Shown here: in pieces, positions 39,020-51,384 of the stretch | Layout: each line of letters opens with the position of its first letter | Position numbering within the stretch: position 1 is the stretch's first letter | Assembly: GCA_002189035.1 (NCBI GenBank) | Contig: NEEC01000020.1 | Location: forward strand, 1,860,001 to 1,924,000 | Direction of reading: 5' to 3' | Source of the DNA: Utricularia gibba | Lineage: Eukaryota; Plantae; Magnoliophyta | DNA: 64,000 bases | Translations under genes and position numbers: made by a program | Notes under the pieces: generated by a model | The model's database searches: none | Seen by the model: the letters and a program-made list of their open reading frames with translations, nothing else | Told to the model about the DNA's origin: nothing

Positions 39020-39280
39020 ATAATTGATAATTACGATGATTGGCAAAAATAGTTAATTATCGTTTTGCTTAATAAAGTATTATAAACATTTTCTCTAGTA
39101 ACTGTAATTGATGATTACGGTGATCCGTAGAAACAGATTATCATTTTCTTATATTACTTTCAATTCTGATAACTGTAATTGATAAATTATAGTGATTTGA
39201 AGAAATATGTAATTATCATTTTCTTTATATTAGTTTCATTTCTAGTAACTGTAATTGATGAATTGTAGTGATCAACATAA
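39020..39280 (-). repeat. Inverted copy (~3 units) of the 76-bp array, right arm of the MULE
   Basis: TAACTGTAATTGATGA recurs. GAATTGTAGTGATCAACATAAATA is the reverse complement of the left flank ATTTATGTTGA..TCACTACAATTC. Confidence 0.88.
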
Positions 39281-39894
39281 ATAAAAAATATTAACTGAAA
39301 AAGTTAAATGAAAGTGCCTCTTTACCATTTTGTATAAATGTACTATATATTTATGGTTTTTAATTTGATTTATTATTTGTAAAAAATATATAATATAATT
39401 TGATTTTTCATTTTATTTAAATTATTTATTTTTCCATTATTTAATTGTATATATTTTTGAATATATAATAGTTAAATAAAATATACATTATGAAAAATTT
39501 AATTTGATTTTATTTTTTATTTAATATAATTTTGAATTCTAAAAAATATATTTTAATAATATTTATTACAATATTTGCAAAACTAATGTAATATGTTTTT
39601 ATTTTTTTGTAAAAAATATAATAGTATTAAAATATATTGTCAAAAAGAAATTCAAAAATGAAAAAGAAAATCGGTAGAATAGATGATTTTGACACGCAAT
39701 AGAAATGAGATGTATAGATGGTTTTGAAACTAAGTTTTTTTACGGTGGGTAGATTTGGTAAAAACTCACTCACGCATTGCTTTAATGCCGGAATTTCCAA
39801 ATCAACAATTTTACCAAAATCTTTCAATTTCTTATTTTACCATGCTCCGACCTCGATATTTGGGATCATCTTGTGCATGCGGACCGGTAATTAA

Positions 39895-40015
39895 ATAAAG
39901 CAGAGTCAAAGAGGGGGAAATATCTCTCTAGTGTGGTATATGAAATATATGATGAACATGATTTTTATTGATCGGTCATATAGGCCCCCCTCTAGACATC
40001 CAATCGCTTCGTTTT
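39895..40015. other. Probable plastid inverted-repeat spacer fragment (ycf2/trnL-CAA/ndhB region)
   Basis: TTATTGATCGGTCAT..GGCCCCC..TAGACATCCAATCGCTTCG resembles remembered IR spacer sequence. Recall only. Confidence 0.5.
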
Positions 40016-40539
40016 TGTTGCTGTCGTGAAAAGGATTCACATTCCGTAGTCGGTTCTAATAAAGGGAAAACCTTGCAGCCAGTAGCGGACGCAGGATTTG
40101 ATGGGAGGGAGCGATAAAATAATTACATGTGATAATAAAATCAACCCGATGTGATAAAATCTTTCCTCCTTCCAGAGGCATTCTCAACCCGATTCATTCC
40201 TTAACTAAGACAAGAGCTGCTTCGATAAATGAAATAGTTCAGTGAATCTCTCTCCCCATTTCCGGGTATCAAATGAATTGGCTTATTTAAAAAGTTTTTG
40301 TATATCAAACGCAGCTGAATCACTAATCCTATGTCTTTCTGTTCTTTTATAAGGAGTCTTGTCCTTTTGTTTTCATCTTGCACCCACCCCAAGAACAGTC
40401 TTCAGTCTTAGTATGAGAGGGAATCCAGGCAGAATAAGAATATAAACTTCAGGGTGCTTCGTCCCTAACCACAACTCATCCCCTGAAAAATTCTTAAAAT
40501 AAAAGATGAGATCAAATCAGAAGCATCTTATTATTGTTA

Positions 40540-41109
40540 ATGTGAACTTTGGAACGAGTTAAATTTGTACAAATCTTTCCATTTTCAATTCTGTTTTCAC
40601 ATCAAAGAACTATTAACAATATTTATGTTAAAAAAAGAGTATGAAAAGAAAAATAATTTTCATTTGATCAAAAAGAAATTTTGGGATTACTGAATCAAAG
40701 AAGAATCAATTTAATTATAAAAAGTTAAAAATATAAACCAATGGAACCCCTATAGCCGTATGAAGTTCTTATTTGATCATTTACCAAATAAGTATTAATT
40801 GATTTTTGGAATGAAGGGTCAATTATAGAGCCGCATGCAATGCCAAAAGTATGACACCCTTATTGTTGTTTTATTAGGCTTCCATGTTTGATTATTTAAT
40901 TCTTTTTCTGCCCCTTTCTAATTATTTTATCACATCAGATATAAAACTCTTACATAATCAGGGTAAATATGTGAAATCCTCACCAGAGTTTATGTACAAA
41001 GAATTGAGAATTGTAACACCTACATGGGTTGTATCTGAAGATATGGATTTATGGCAGCAAATGAAAGCAACGGCTTATGAAAGTGTTGACCTTGTGGCAA
41101 ATTGAATGA
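40540..41109 (+). pseudogene. clpP: NUPT: plastid clpP copy 2 (intron 1 3' part fused to exon 3 remnant)
   Basis: Paralogous to 28550-28800 plus 29370-29572. Group II domain-V-like GAGCCGCATGCAATGC. Exon 3 CCTCACCAGAGTTTATGTACAAAGAA...TGGGTTGTATCTGAAGATATGG...GTTGACCTTGTGGCA..GAATGA. Confidence 0.88.
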
Positions 41110-41222
41110 TAAAAAAAAAGTGGATTTTAGCTCCTAGTTTATCATTCTCTCAAAGAGTAAAATAGAAAAAAAAAAACTCATAAGCTCCGGGTAGCATCAG
41201 TCCATTATGTATATCATTCAAC

Positions 41223-41329
41223 ATGCCAAACATTAAACAGCATACTAGAAATACAGGACATCCAATTCGAAAGGTCACGCAATTCCCTGCTCTGCGGGAC
41301 GTCATCAACGTCGATGAAAGTAGGTGCAT
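41223..41329 (+). pseudogene. rps12: NUPT: plastid rps12 exon 1, copy 2
   Basis: ATGCCAAACATTAAACAGCATACTAGAAATACAGG...CCTGCTCTGCGGGACGTCATCAACGTCGA..., followed by an intron-like start GTGCAATTCGTT. Confidence 0.88.
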
Positions 41330-41519
41330 GTGCAATTCGTTTCGCTCATGAGCTAGCACAAAAACAGTGCTTTCCGAGCTGAATATTCAACAATAATGAA
41401 TAGTATAAATGGGAAGAATAAGTAAAGAGAAGCGTTGGGGAATTTGCAAGGAGGTGCCAAGTATATCAATGAGTCAAGATGAACCACTGATGACCATGGG
41501 GGCTTTTACAACCTTTGGA

Positions 41520-42340
41520 CTACAAAGGTGTGACTGGTTCAGAACCGTTCTATTTGGGTTCGGAATCGAACGATTTTCTCAAACCATTGGTTCGTAAATT
41601 CAGTTAGCCATATATTACAATTCCAGTTTCAGTTTAGAACCGGATTTCAAAACTTTAAACCAAACTAAAACCGGAATCGGGCCCAATAGTTTCAATTCTG
41701 AACGGGAACCGAACAGCTACTATTTAAATGAATGATGTATGTACAAGACACCCACATGAACAGTTGTAAGTGCTTGGGAATAAATCTCTATTTTGCAGAA
41801 TCGTTTTTAGGCATCCTCAATAGTCGTTATGGATATCTAAAATTGATCCTAACCATTTTTAGGAATCATTATGAGTACTTGAAAAATCCATTACCAAAAT
41901 GGATTTTTCAAATTCATTTTGAATCATTATTAGTGTCTGTCAAATCTATTAATGCCCCTTGCATATTTCAATAAATATTTTGAATTTTTAAAAATTATTT
42001 AATACGAACAGGTTGTTCATAGTTTCGAGCCATTGGTTTGGTCGATTCCGAATGAGTTGGAACCCATAGTTCTATGGTTCCAAATATGTTGAACTGAACC
42101 AAAACCGTACGGTTCCAATTCTAAAAGTGACCGTTCGGATGCTCATATCCCAAAACCGAACTTGAACTATGCTTCCGGTTTGAACCGATTACACCTCTAC
42201 TTTGGAGACTCCTAAATAAAAACGGGAGCATGTAACATTCCATTTCGTGACCAGGTTGTCCCGCACGATGATGGGCAAAGGTATGGTTTGGGTGATTATG
42301 GATCGTTTCCAAATGCCCACTTCCCATTGATTCACTCTAA
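41520..42340. mobile_element. Non-autonomous hAT-like MITE(s) rich in GAACCG/CGGTTC motifs
   Basis: Dense GAACC/GGTTC subterminal-type repeats interrupting the rps12-rpl20 spacer. TIR and TSD not resolved. Confidence 0.55.
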
Positions 42341-42978
42341 ATGGGAGTGAATGGAATATCTATCCGAGGTGGTCCGGCTGCACAGTGTTCACTATCTAAA
42401 AACTCAAATAAAAAAATGGATTGATGTAATGTTTATAAAGCTTATGGCTTCCGAAAATCCAACCATACAGCTGAACATAAGATAATAACAAAGTATGCAT
42501 TGACCGGAACAAAGTTTATGAAACCAGGAAAATTAGGTTCTCATTAGGTAATGAAAACAATGGACTAAGAGGGTCAGCTGTCCAGCTAACTTTCATAACA
42601 TTACTGTACGGACGTGTCTCATTGTGAAAGATGTATTATTATTGGATATTTGATGGGTAAAGCTAAAGAGGTTAAAGGTTATTATTAAAAGAAAGAATGA
42701 ATCCGGTGTAAAGAGTAGACCTCAACACTTAAGGAAGTAACCATACAAACGATGGAATTCATTATTTTTTTTATCTATTGAGTTTCTATTTACCTTGTGT
42801 TTGATATTGAATTATGTTTTTGACACCTGATCAAATAGAACAACTAATAAATTGTTGCTGAGAACTGAGAAGGCTATTTACATTTTATTCATTGGAAAAA
42901 CACTTGATTATTTATCGATCATAATAATAACTGCAGGAAAAGAAATCAATTACTTGTTATGAAAGCTGTATTTATTCA

Positions 42979-43150
42979 ATGACCAGGATAGGATTACATG
43001 CGCATATATTGCTCGTAAAAACAAAAATGCATTTATTTGCATGGCATTTTCAAGGAGCTCATTCTAGAGTTAATCGAAGTGTAATTCAACATAAAATGAG
43101 AGCGTTGGTTTCATCTTATAGCGATAGAGAAAAGTGAATGAGATAATGAA
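42979..43150 (+). pseudogene. rpl20: NUPT: plastid rpl20 5' half, decayed
   Basis: ATGACCAGGAT...ACAAAAATGCATTTATTTGCA...GGAGCTCATTCTAGA..AAAATGAGAGCGTTGGTTTCA..GATAGAG matches rpl20 (MTRI...TKIRLFA..FRGAHSRL..KIRALVS..RDR). Followed by a GGAGTTC..GAACTCC hairpin at ~43200, like the rps18-rpl20 spacer. Confidence 0.82.
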
Positions 43151-45395
43151 ATAAAAAAATGGAAGTAGATTGTAAAGAATATGCGCAACTCATTTAAATG
43201 GAGTTCCTTGACGCCGAACTCCAGGAAGATCGAACCAAAATTTACATAAAAAAAATATCTTAAGGTAATCAAAATGACTGACAGCATTGAAGAAAAAAAT
43301 ATTTTTTGACCATTTTTTTATTATGACAACAACTTCAATAATTTTGGATTGGGCTTTATTTTGACCAATTTACATTGGAGTTCAGATTGAACTTCTGATT
43401 AGAGGTTTTTAGCATAATAAATTTATGGGAAAAATAATTTTGCCAAATAGCTCTATAAACTCTCATCATTAGCAAAATAATTATCTTTTGTGTGTTTATT
43501 TGCTAAATAGTCTCATTTTTTTCTTTATAATATATGTTATTGTATTTTACACAATAAAAATAAATAATTATGTATGCAATTATTCAAATACAAACTTAAC
43601 TCCACATATTTAAATTTAATTAAAATATAAATGTACGTACGTGTAAGCCACTTGAGATCATAGCATTAAAAAAATACTGAATTGAATCATATAGTTAAAT
43701 TCAAATTCTAATGAATTTTATAGTAAATGATATGCACAAATAACTTCCGTATATACCTTATGCATAAATGTTGCTCGCATGCATACGCCATATCCATATA
43801 CACACAAAATTATACAAGCATTGTTTATGCTTAAGTGACATTCGTATATCTAACAAAAAATATAAGAATGCTGCTTGTGCTATATAACTAAAAATTATAA
43901 AAAAAACAAAATATATCCAACATATATATGAGCACTGTTTATGCATAATCTACATTTAGATATAAAAAAATTCTAAAATATATATGAATGCTGTATATAC
44001 ATGATCGTCATTCACGATGAAATTCATTAGAATTTGGACAAGGCTTATACATAAACAATATCCATATTTTTTTTAAAAAAATTTATATGTCACTTATGCT
44101 TAAACGACACTAATATATTGTATGCAAATGCCTCTTAAAAATTCCTTGAAAAAGGAATATTGTAGTTTATCCAAAATATCAATGTTTATTTCTAGAAAGT
44201 GTTTCTAAATAGGCTTCTTATTCTAAACATTGATTTACGAAAATGAGCTGAATTCGATAAGGTATAGATAACATGTGATGATGACTCCTCTATGCATGTT
44301 GTGTAATAGAATGAACGTCTAGAGTCTCTATTGAATCTATCCATTGTATTCGGCATGGAAGTGGGGCTCGATGCATATGAGAAATGCCATGTATTTTGGA
44401 AGACTATGGGATCCCTCCTACATTAGTGTGATATTGATTGTTTGGGGTTTTGCATTTGAACAGATGTTCTATAGTATAATAAACTGACTCTCCAATCCAT
44501 TTGCCCATGAACCCCAGTCATCATTTCTCATCTAAAATGACAGAATTTATCTAATTTGCTCAAAGTTTGGTATCATCAGAAAGAAAGCATCCTCCAACTC
44601 AAACGGCAAATTTCTGCACCGAAAATTTTAAAGTAAGAGAAAATTGCTTTCTTGTTTACGATATGCTGCAATTTTTTTTTCTTTCCCTTTTTTTCTTATT
44701 TTTATTCTATTTAAGTGGCTGAAGAACAACCCTGATTGATATATCGAATACATCCTTCATATTCTGCCATTTTTATAAAAAACAAAAATTCAACTATTGC
44801 TTAGAAGTTACAGAGTCTTTTGTGTTTTTAGCACTGCATTCCATATACATCACTATTTTGAGCAACTTTTTCAGTTCGTCAACTAGTTTGTTTGATGGTG
44901 ATCATTTCTATCAACAATCCTTTCGTATCAAGATATTGTGTGCTATATTTCCATTTATATCTTGTTTTCCAAAGTCTCAATTTTGTTTTTATTTTTCTAT
45001 ATCCCATTCAAAAGGGTGGGGCAATTTTCGTAATTGAGTAATTTTCAGTTGCATTCAGTGGCACTACAGAAGAAGAACTCAATTGACACCTGTTTTTTTA
45101 GTGGAATTAATCTATTTTACTGTTCATTCTTTCACCTATGACCTTGGTTGGTCTACATCTATGCTCTGTAATCAGGTTAGGCACTGTCTCGGGATCGTGA
45201 ACCGTAGATCACCTTCTAGTGGGCCTTAGCAATTGTATACAAATCAAGGTAAAGATATGCCTCGCCTGCGCGGGGAGTTTTCAAGCCAACCACTTCACTG
45301 AATGTATCATTTAATTACTAAATATGTAGACCCCATTAATTGTGGTTGCTTTCTCTTGTTTTCCTAACTCTTTTACCGCTTTCTCTTTGCAACTT

Positions 45396-46559
45396 TGATA
45401 ACGCATATTTTTGAGTAGCTCAATGCATAAAATTTACTCATTTTGCACTACAAAAATTAAGTTTTATTGCCTAGTTTCGTATTTTTGCACATAAGCACCG
45501 TAATTGTGTTATTTTAGTCTTAGTTGGGACTAAATCTGTGATTTAGTCCCAACCTTCTAATAGTTTTATTCGAGCAATGCAGTGTAGGTCGCAACACAAA
45601 TCCCAAGGAGCCGAACATGCACAGTGTAGTGGCAGAAGATGAGTCCAAAAGTCTAAAAAGTGGTGCACACAAAATCCAAGGAGAAAAAAGGGAGATTTTG
45701 GACAAAAAGAGGGAAAGGTGGAGAGAAAAGACAGATCTACCCATTGGAGACTCTCGAACAAGTTTCTGGAGAAAGAAGGAGGGGACGACGAACCAGAAGA
45801 ACACAGCTTCTTTTGAGAAATTATTTTCGTTCTTCATGTTTACTATTCCTAGCTAAGACTAGATTTGGATTTCCTGTGTGAACGAAGTGTCTGTCCTACT
45901 TTTGCTTCATATTGCTCGTTGTTGTTTAGCATTTATAGTCAGGATGTTGCTTAGTATTTGCTATGAAAGTGTTTTACTTTTCATTGTCATGAGTAGCTAA
46001 GCATTTAGAGGGGGGTGCCTTGGGGTGAAAAGGGGAGAAACATGCTAATCCATTCTTAGACCTAATAAATCATAAATCACACTACTTCCTTAGCAAACCA
46101 GGATAGATCCAGGAGGGGGAGATAGTGAAACCCAACTAACAATCCTAATTAGAGGTAGACCAAAGATTAGGGGGAAAAACAAGAATCCGAGTAGACCTAG
46201 ATCTTGTGAGTTAGTTGTATGATTTTTGATTTATGTGAGTTTGTTTAGTGATAGGCATACATCCCCTAAGAGTCCTAAGGCATCACCCATTCCATTCTAG
46301 AAACAACCGAACTCCAGAACTTATTACCTTTCTTTACTGTATTTCGTTTTAGTTCTGCCTTAGTCCTAGCTAAGACCACTTTTACCAACGTGACACTGAT
46401 TTCATGCATTAACTTTCACATAGCAAGCACCTGCTCTTCGTGTTCGACCCTAATCACTATGCTCATAATTGTTTTATGATTGAATGTGTATTAGGTTATA
46501 AATTTATTTGATAGGAGAAATTTGTAATTTAACGACATTGCGTAATTTTCCGTTTATCA
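45396..46559 (+). mobile_element. Solo LTR (Athila-like family B, 1164 bp)
   Basis: TGATAACGC...CCGTTTATCA with perfect TSD AACTT. Its 3' end is shared with 55880-56017. Confidence 0.92.
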
Positions 46560-46636
46560 AACTTCTTCAGTTCCTCAACTAATTGTTTTTTATTTTTATT
46601 CTGTTACTGAAAATTTATAGCATGTAATTAATTATT

Positions 46637-47010
46637 ACGTATTATTGTAAGTTTTCATGGAGGGAACAAGTGACAAAGGAAAAAAGATGCCCCCAACCAG
46701 TGTCAATACTTAGAAGAAACAGGCAACTAAAAGATACACTTGGGATTTAGATAGTATGAAAATCAATCGTTTACTTGTCATACAGAAGATTGAAAAAGGA
46801 AATTTTCAAAACACATCATTCAACAAGAAATGATGGGACAATCTACTAAAAGTATTAAATAATAAATTCCACTATCAATTTGATATGAAGCAATTGGGTA
46901 ATAGATGGAATATTCTTTGAGAAAATTAGTCATTGTACTAGATTGAGTAATATGACAGATACAGAATGATAGAAGAATGGTTAGACTATTAAGATAGATG
47001 AGGAGTGATA
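46637..47010 (+). mobile_element. PIF/Harbinger Myb/SANT ORF remnant
   Basis: RYTWDLDSMKI..LVIQKIEKGNFQNTSFNKK*WDNLLKVLNNKF..QFDMKQLGNRWNIL (PF12776 pattern). Confidence 0.75.
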
Positions 47011-47210
47011 GGAACTTCGCATTAAAGTTAGCATCGGAGTTTTTTTGTATATTTGTTAAAAATGTGATGGTTTGTTATGTTTATGACTTTAAAATTCATT
47101 ATATTGAATTTAGTGTTTGATAGTTTTCTAAATATGATGATGTATTATTGGTAGCTAATAAAAAAACGTCATAATTGATTTGATGAATATTGATAGATCA
47201 TTTATCAATA

Positions 47211-47888
47211 TCAATCATTTATTGCATCATAAATAACTACAATTGTTGGAGATTGGCGATTTAAATTAGAAAAGTCACATTGTTAAAAAAGTATGGGATA
47301 ACTAGAAATGAAACAATATGAGATACCATTTGATCATTTTTACCAAATCCAAAATCTTTTTAGATATAACCGATCATCAATTCCCACCGTGGGATGAATA
47401 AAATTTGATACATAAATCGGTTACTAAAAGAATTGAAAGAAAGTGTTATCTTCAACTCTCATTTCGAAAAAGATTTTGTTGTATTACTTAAATTATATGG
47501 TAATTCCTGAACCCAATAATTAATAAGAAAATTTGGTTATTATCTAAAATAGAATAATGAATTAGAATAATAAAACAGATTAGATTGGGCAAGAAATGTA
47601 AAATCATATGAATAAGATCTTCATTCTATGCTAATTGTATCTTTTCTTTGTGGATTTCCATAGTATACTTTTTTAAATGTATTTCCCTGAAGTTGATCAT
47701 TTGATACAAGAAGAGGATTTATTCTAAATCTATGAAGTTTTCTAGAATAATTTTCTCTTGAATATCATTCAAAAGATTTCAGATTTTCATGTATTGAGCG
47801 GATTAGTAAAATAGGGTTCCATACTTTTAGTAAATTAGAAAGAAAATCACCATGACAAAAATATAATAGATGCACTCTTTTCCCTCAT
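47211..47888 (-). pseudogene. cemA: NUPT: plastid cemA, near full length, decayed
   Basis: ASIIFLSW, NDIQEKIILENFIDLE*ILFLYQMI, NEDLIHMILHF.PN.ICF.IL, WVQELPYNLSNTTK, WELMIG...KDFGF and LNRQSPTIVVIYDAIND*. Confidence 0.92.
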
Positions 47889-48194
47889 TTTTAACCTATT
47901 AGATTTGAATTAACCTGCTTTGTTTCGACTCTATGTGATCTAACATTTCTCGAAAAATATATTATAGACAAAATATCAACTCTATAAAAAAAAGAATCCT
48001 TTTTCTCCTTTTAATTTTTTTTGTTTAGTATATAAGATGAATTGGGATCGGTTGAATCTCTTGTTCAATTAAGTTTCATAGATTGAGAATAAAAAACCAC
48101 GGAAGAGGTTTTCTATTTATTCTATATACGCTACTTTGGACCGTTTAAATAAATTTTTATTATCGAAAAAAACAAGATTCTTTTATCTTTTAAC

Positions 48195-48688
48195 CCCGTG
48201 CCAACACGAGCTATTTTTAGAAATAGACCAATTCCACTTCCTTTATTCAAGGTCTCGTCTAGTCAAATTATCATTAGTACGGCTCACTGGAATAGACTCG
48301 GTACCTTTGATGTCCATATAAAGGATACAAGGAGCATAAATATTCTCTTTAATCTTACGGATTGAGTATCTTGGATAAAAATCAAAGGAATAATTTTTCC
48401 AGGAAATCCAGGGAAAATATACAATAAAGAGACCGGAATCCTAATGAGCCTCAAAAATTGAAATCATAACAATAAAGAGACCGGAATCTCGTAAACAGAC
48501 AATGATCCCTGTGGTGGGAAAAAAAAATCTTTTAAAACAGAATAAAGAATACCAAATTTCTACAAAATAATTGAAGATACCGATAAGAATCTTACTGATC
48601 TAAAAAATGATAAAACCCAGTAAAAATAACTTAATTTTTGAGACTCCGTTATAAATTCTATCCATATATGTTCTGATCGACAAATTAT
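48195..48688 (-). pseudogene. ycf4: NUPT: plastid ycf4, decayed
   Basis: RSEHIWIEFIT.S.K.S, IFF.PQGI, GFPGK and YMDIKGTESIPVSRTNDNLTRRDLE. Includes an internal ~20-bp duplication (ACAATAAAGAGACCGGAATC at ~48421 and ~48469). Confidence 0.9.
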
Positions 48689-49071
48689 AGTTGATCCGAT
48701 TGCATTTTATTGAAATTCAAGATGATAATAATTTTTACTTTGTTCTGGTTCCTACATGAAATCTCATCAACTAGAAATAATTTAATGTGAACCTCTGGTA
48801 ATAAATCATCAAATTGCTTATATCTAAAATAATATCATACTCTCTATTTTTGCCACCATTTTTCAACCACACTCAGTGGCTCTTATCTTGATCCAGCTGA
48901 TTCAAGCTAGTTAAAATTCATTTACCAAAGGATCATTTTTTGCGGATCTAAGAACTTTTTTTTTTATGTTCCACGAGAATTAAGGGTAAATCATATGTAC
49001 TGAAATAAAAATCAATATATGTGTCTGGCTACAAGTCTAAGTTTCAAGAACACGATTATAACTTCCCTGCT

Positions 49072-49181
49072 GTAAATAATTTTGTTTTTTTTTTATCATA
49101 AAGACATAAAAAAGCCATTGCAATGGCGGAAAATACTACAAAAAGAGACACGAAAATAGGTGGAAGGTTGAAAGTTGTCAT
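49072..49181 (-). pseudogene. psaI: NUPT: plastid psaI
   Basis: MTTFNLPPIFVSLFVVFSAIAMAFYVFMIKKKQKLF vs psaI [35 protein letters not shown]. Confidence 0.88.
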
Positions 49182-49534
49182 AAAATCAGTATCTCGATTG
49201 GCTATTTGTACCAATTATTTTTATAATTATACTAATTATTACTAATTAGTATTAATATTATTACATATTAGATATTTAAGTATCTCTAAATTTCTGTATC
49301 CATATATAGTTGAAATAAATTTATAGCATAAATAGGATGAAAATCGAACTTCAAAAATGGGTTTACTCATCTTTCTACATGAAAGATATACATTATGATA
49401 AACTTGTCTTTTTCTTGATTTATTTATACTATGTTCTTGTGATCTTGTCTTCTAAATTAATATGGAAAGAGTTAATTTCAACTTTGGATTCCTTCGACAA
49501 TGCAATCCTAGGCGACACAAAAAAAATTCATTAA

Positions 49535-49580
49535 TTACCAAGTACTATTAGGTCAAATAAGCTCTTCTGAAAACATTTAA
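49535..49580 (-). pseudogene. accD: NUPT: accD 3' tip, separated from the rest of accD by insertions
   Basis: TTCAGAAGAGCTTATTTGACCTAATAGTACTTGGTAAT vs accD TTCCATAAGGGCTTATTCGACCTAATCGTACCACGTAAT. Confidence 0.6.
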
Positions 49581-50057
49581 ACAACATTTGAAAATCATTA
49601 AAATCAATTCTATTTTGATAGTAATGATCATGTCTTTCAAATATATTAAGTTCTATTTTACAAAAATTATTTTTTCAAAATCAATTTAATTCTATAATAA
49701 ATATTTAAATAAAAGTAACAATGTGATGGTGATTCAGTACGTGAACATAAACTGATGAAGTAATACTGATTTTAAACAATGTTATTGGAATTTTCTTTTC
49801 AAACAAAGAGTCAAAAAGACCGAAAACAAAATAAAAATTTGATTTTAAAAACAATAAGAAAATTGGCTTTGGATCTAGGATACATATTGCTTAAAACTCA
49901 ACCAAACTTATGTGTATAAACCTTGAATACTGATCTACTCGCACAAGTTCTTGGAGTGTTATTCTAAAATAGTGCTACTCAGTGACCGTTATAGCACTGT
50001 CCCTCGTTTAGTGAAATTATAGAATCAACCATGCCACCAAAACCATTTCACCTCTTG

Positions 50058-50797
50058 TGATAACTCGTGTTGTCCCCACACCCAAATCTAACCCCTACAC
50101 CTCACATTTACAGACAGATTAGACAGAATGTGTTTTACCAATGATTTTTGATTGAGCCCTTCTTCTTAGGTGCTTGAGGCCAACTTTTGATTTTTTCATA
50201 CTCGCTTTGAGTTATGTGATACTAAAGAACACGTTGGTAAAGAAAACGTTAGGAAAAACAGAATTAAACCTCAATTTAAATGTCAAAAAACATAGTAAAA
50301 CAGTCGCACGCGTATAACTTGCACAAGCAAGACTTCACCACAGATCCTTAGCCGCAAACACCTACATACAAAGATCTGTGATGGTTGAGAGATAGGTATT
50401 TTTATAGGAGAGCAGATCTAAATCTTCGTATTGAGTTTGTTTGATGGATTTAAATAAGATCTTTTATCCAAATATTTTATCTAAATCCTCTAAGATCATC
50501 TTTAAATCTTTATCTTATCTAAGAATTTTAGACCAAATATTCATCGTTTGACCGAGTCTTGAACTGAGATTCATTACGTATCAAGTCCATAATTTGATGG
50601 GTCTTGATTTTTCCTCAAATTGATCCAAAAGTGACTTAAAAATCCACAAAATATGTTTTATCTTAAAAAAAATTAAAGTAGTGTAAAAGATGAAAAATCA
50701 ATTGAGAATAATAAAAAAGTAAAATCTAAGGTAAATAAAAACAATACTCAAGATTAATGGAATAACATATTTTGAAACGACACAAAATTACTTATCA
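50058..50797 (-). mobile_element. Candidate solo LTR (~740 bp, reverse orientation)
   Basis: TGATAAC...TTATCA termini resembling the Athila LTR ends, and a minus-strand CCTATAAAATA promoter motif at ~50400. No matching TSD. Confidence 0.45.
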
Positions 50798-51384
50798 CAA
50801 TATAAATTATAATTAAAAAATTATATAATAATTTATAATACAATGATATATACAAATATTTTGAATTATGAATTTGGAAAATATAATAATTAATAAGTAC
50901 AAATAAATATGTTATTTACTTATTACAATTAATTCTTCTTTGAAATATTAATTTATTCAATAATAATAATTTTTAAAAAAACATTTTTAAACATATATCA
51001 ATTCTCATTTTACAATAATTTTCAATTCTGCCAATATTTTCAAAGGTAGCTTTAGAAACTCGTAAATCTTGATGTATTGTTTTATTCAATGTTTAATCAA
51101 TTACTAACTGCAAATGCAATGTAAGAATTAGGCTTGGTAATAAGATCATCTTTACCAATTTTCAAAAATGTTGATATGGTATTTCCGAAAATTGAGTTAT
51201 TGAATTTTCTTTATTAATTTTTTTAAAGTTTTTATTCATTTTCGGAAATCATAATATTAAAATAATTTAAATTTATCCTATTTTTAAAGCGTTTTCGAAA
51301 GCAAACTATCTTTTCTCATTTCAGTTTTATGAAGAAAGTAAAATCATATTTAATGACTTCTGAAAATCTTTATACTATTTCCAA

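Larger units (their letters stand above)
36500..39780 (-). mobile_element. Mutator-like element (MULE) with decayed MuDRA transposase at ~37540-38990
   Basis: VISVDATHLYATYRHKMLIAV...KILPLAFAIVDEETDASWLWFL...CLISDR...HRYCFRHFRANF (MULE DDE domain), SWIM finger TCCKWQNYGMPCSH, and C-terminal RYRMNMDRG. Outer boundaries are approximate. Confidence 0.9.

Noticed and set aside
44230-44620. Possible relic of the missing petA-rps18 block (weak rpl33-like words AAATTCTGTC and TTCATGGG)
   Set aside because: Spacing and flanks do not match; may be chance.
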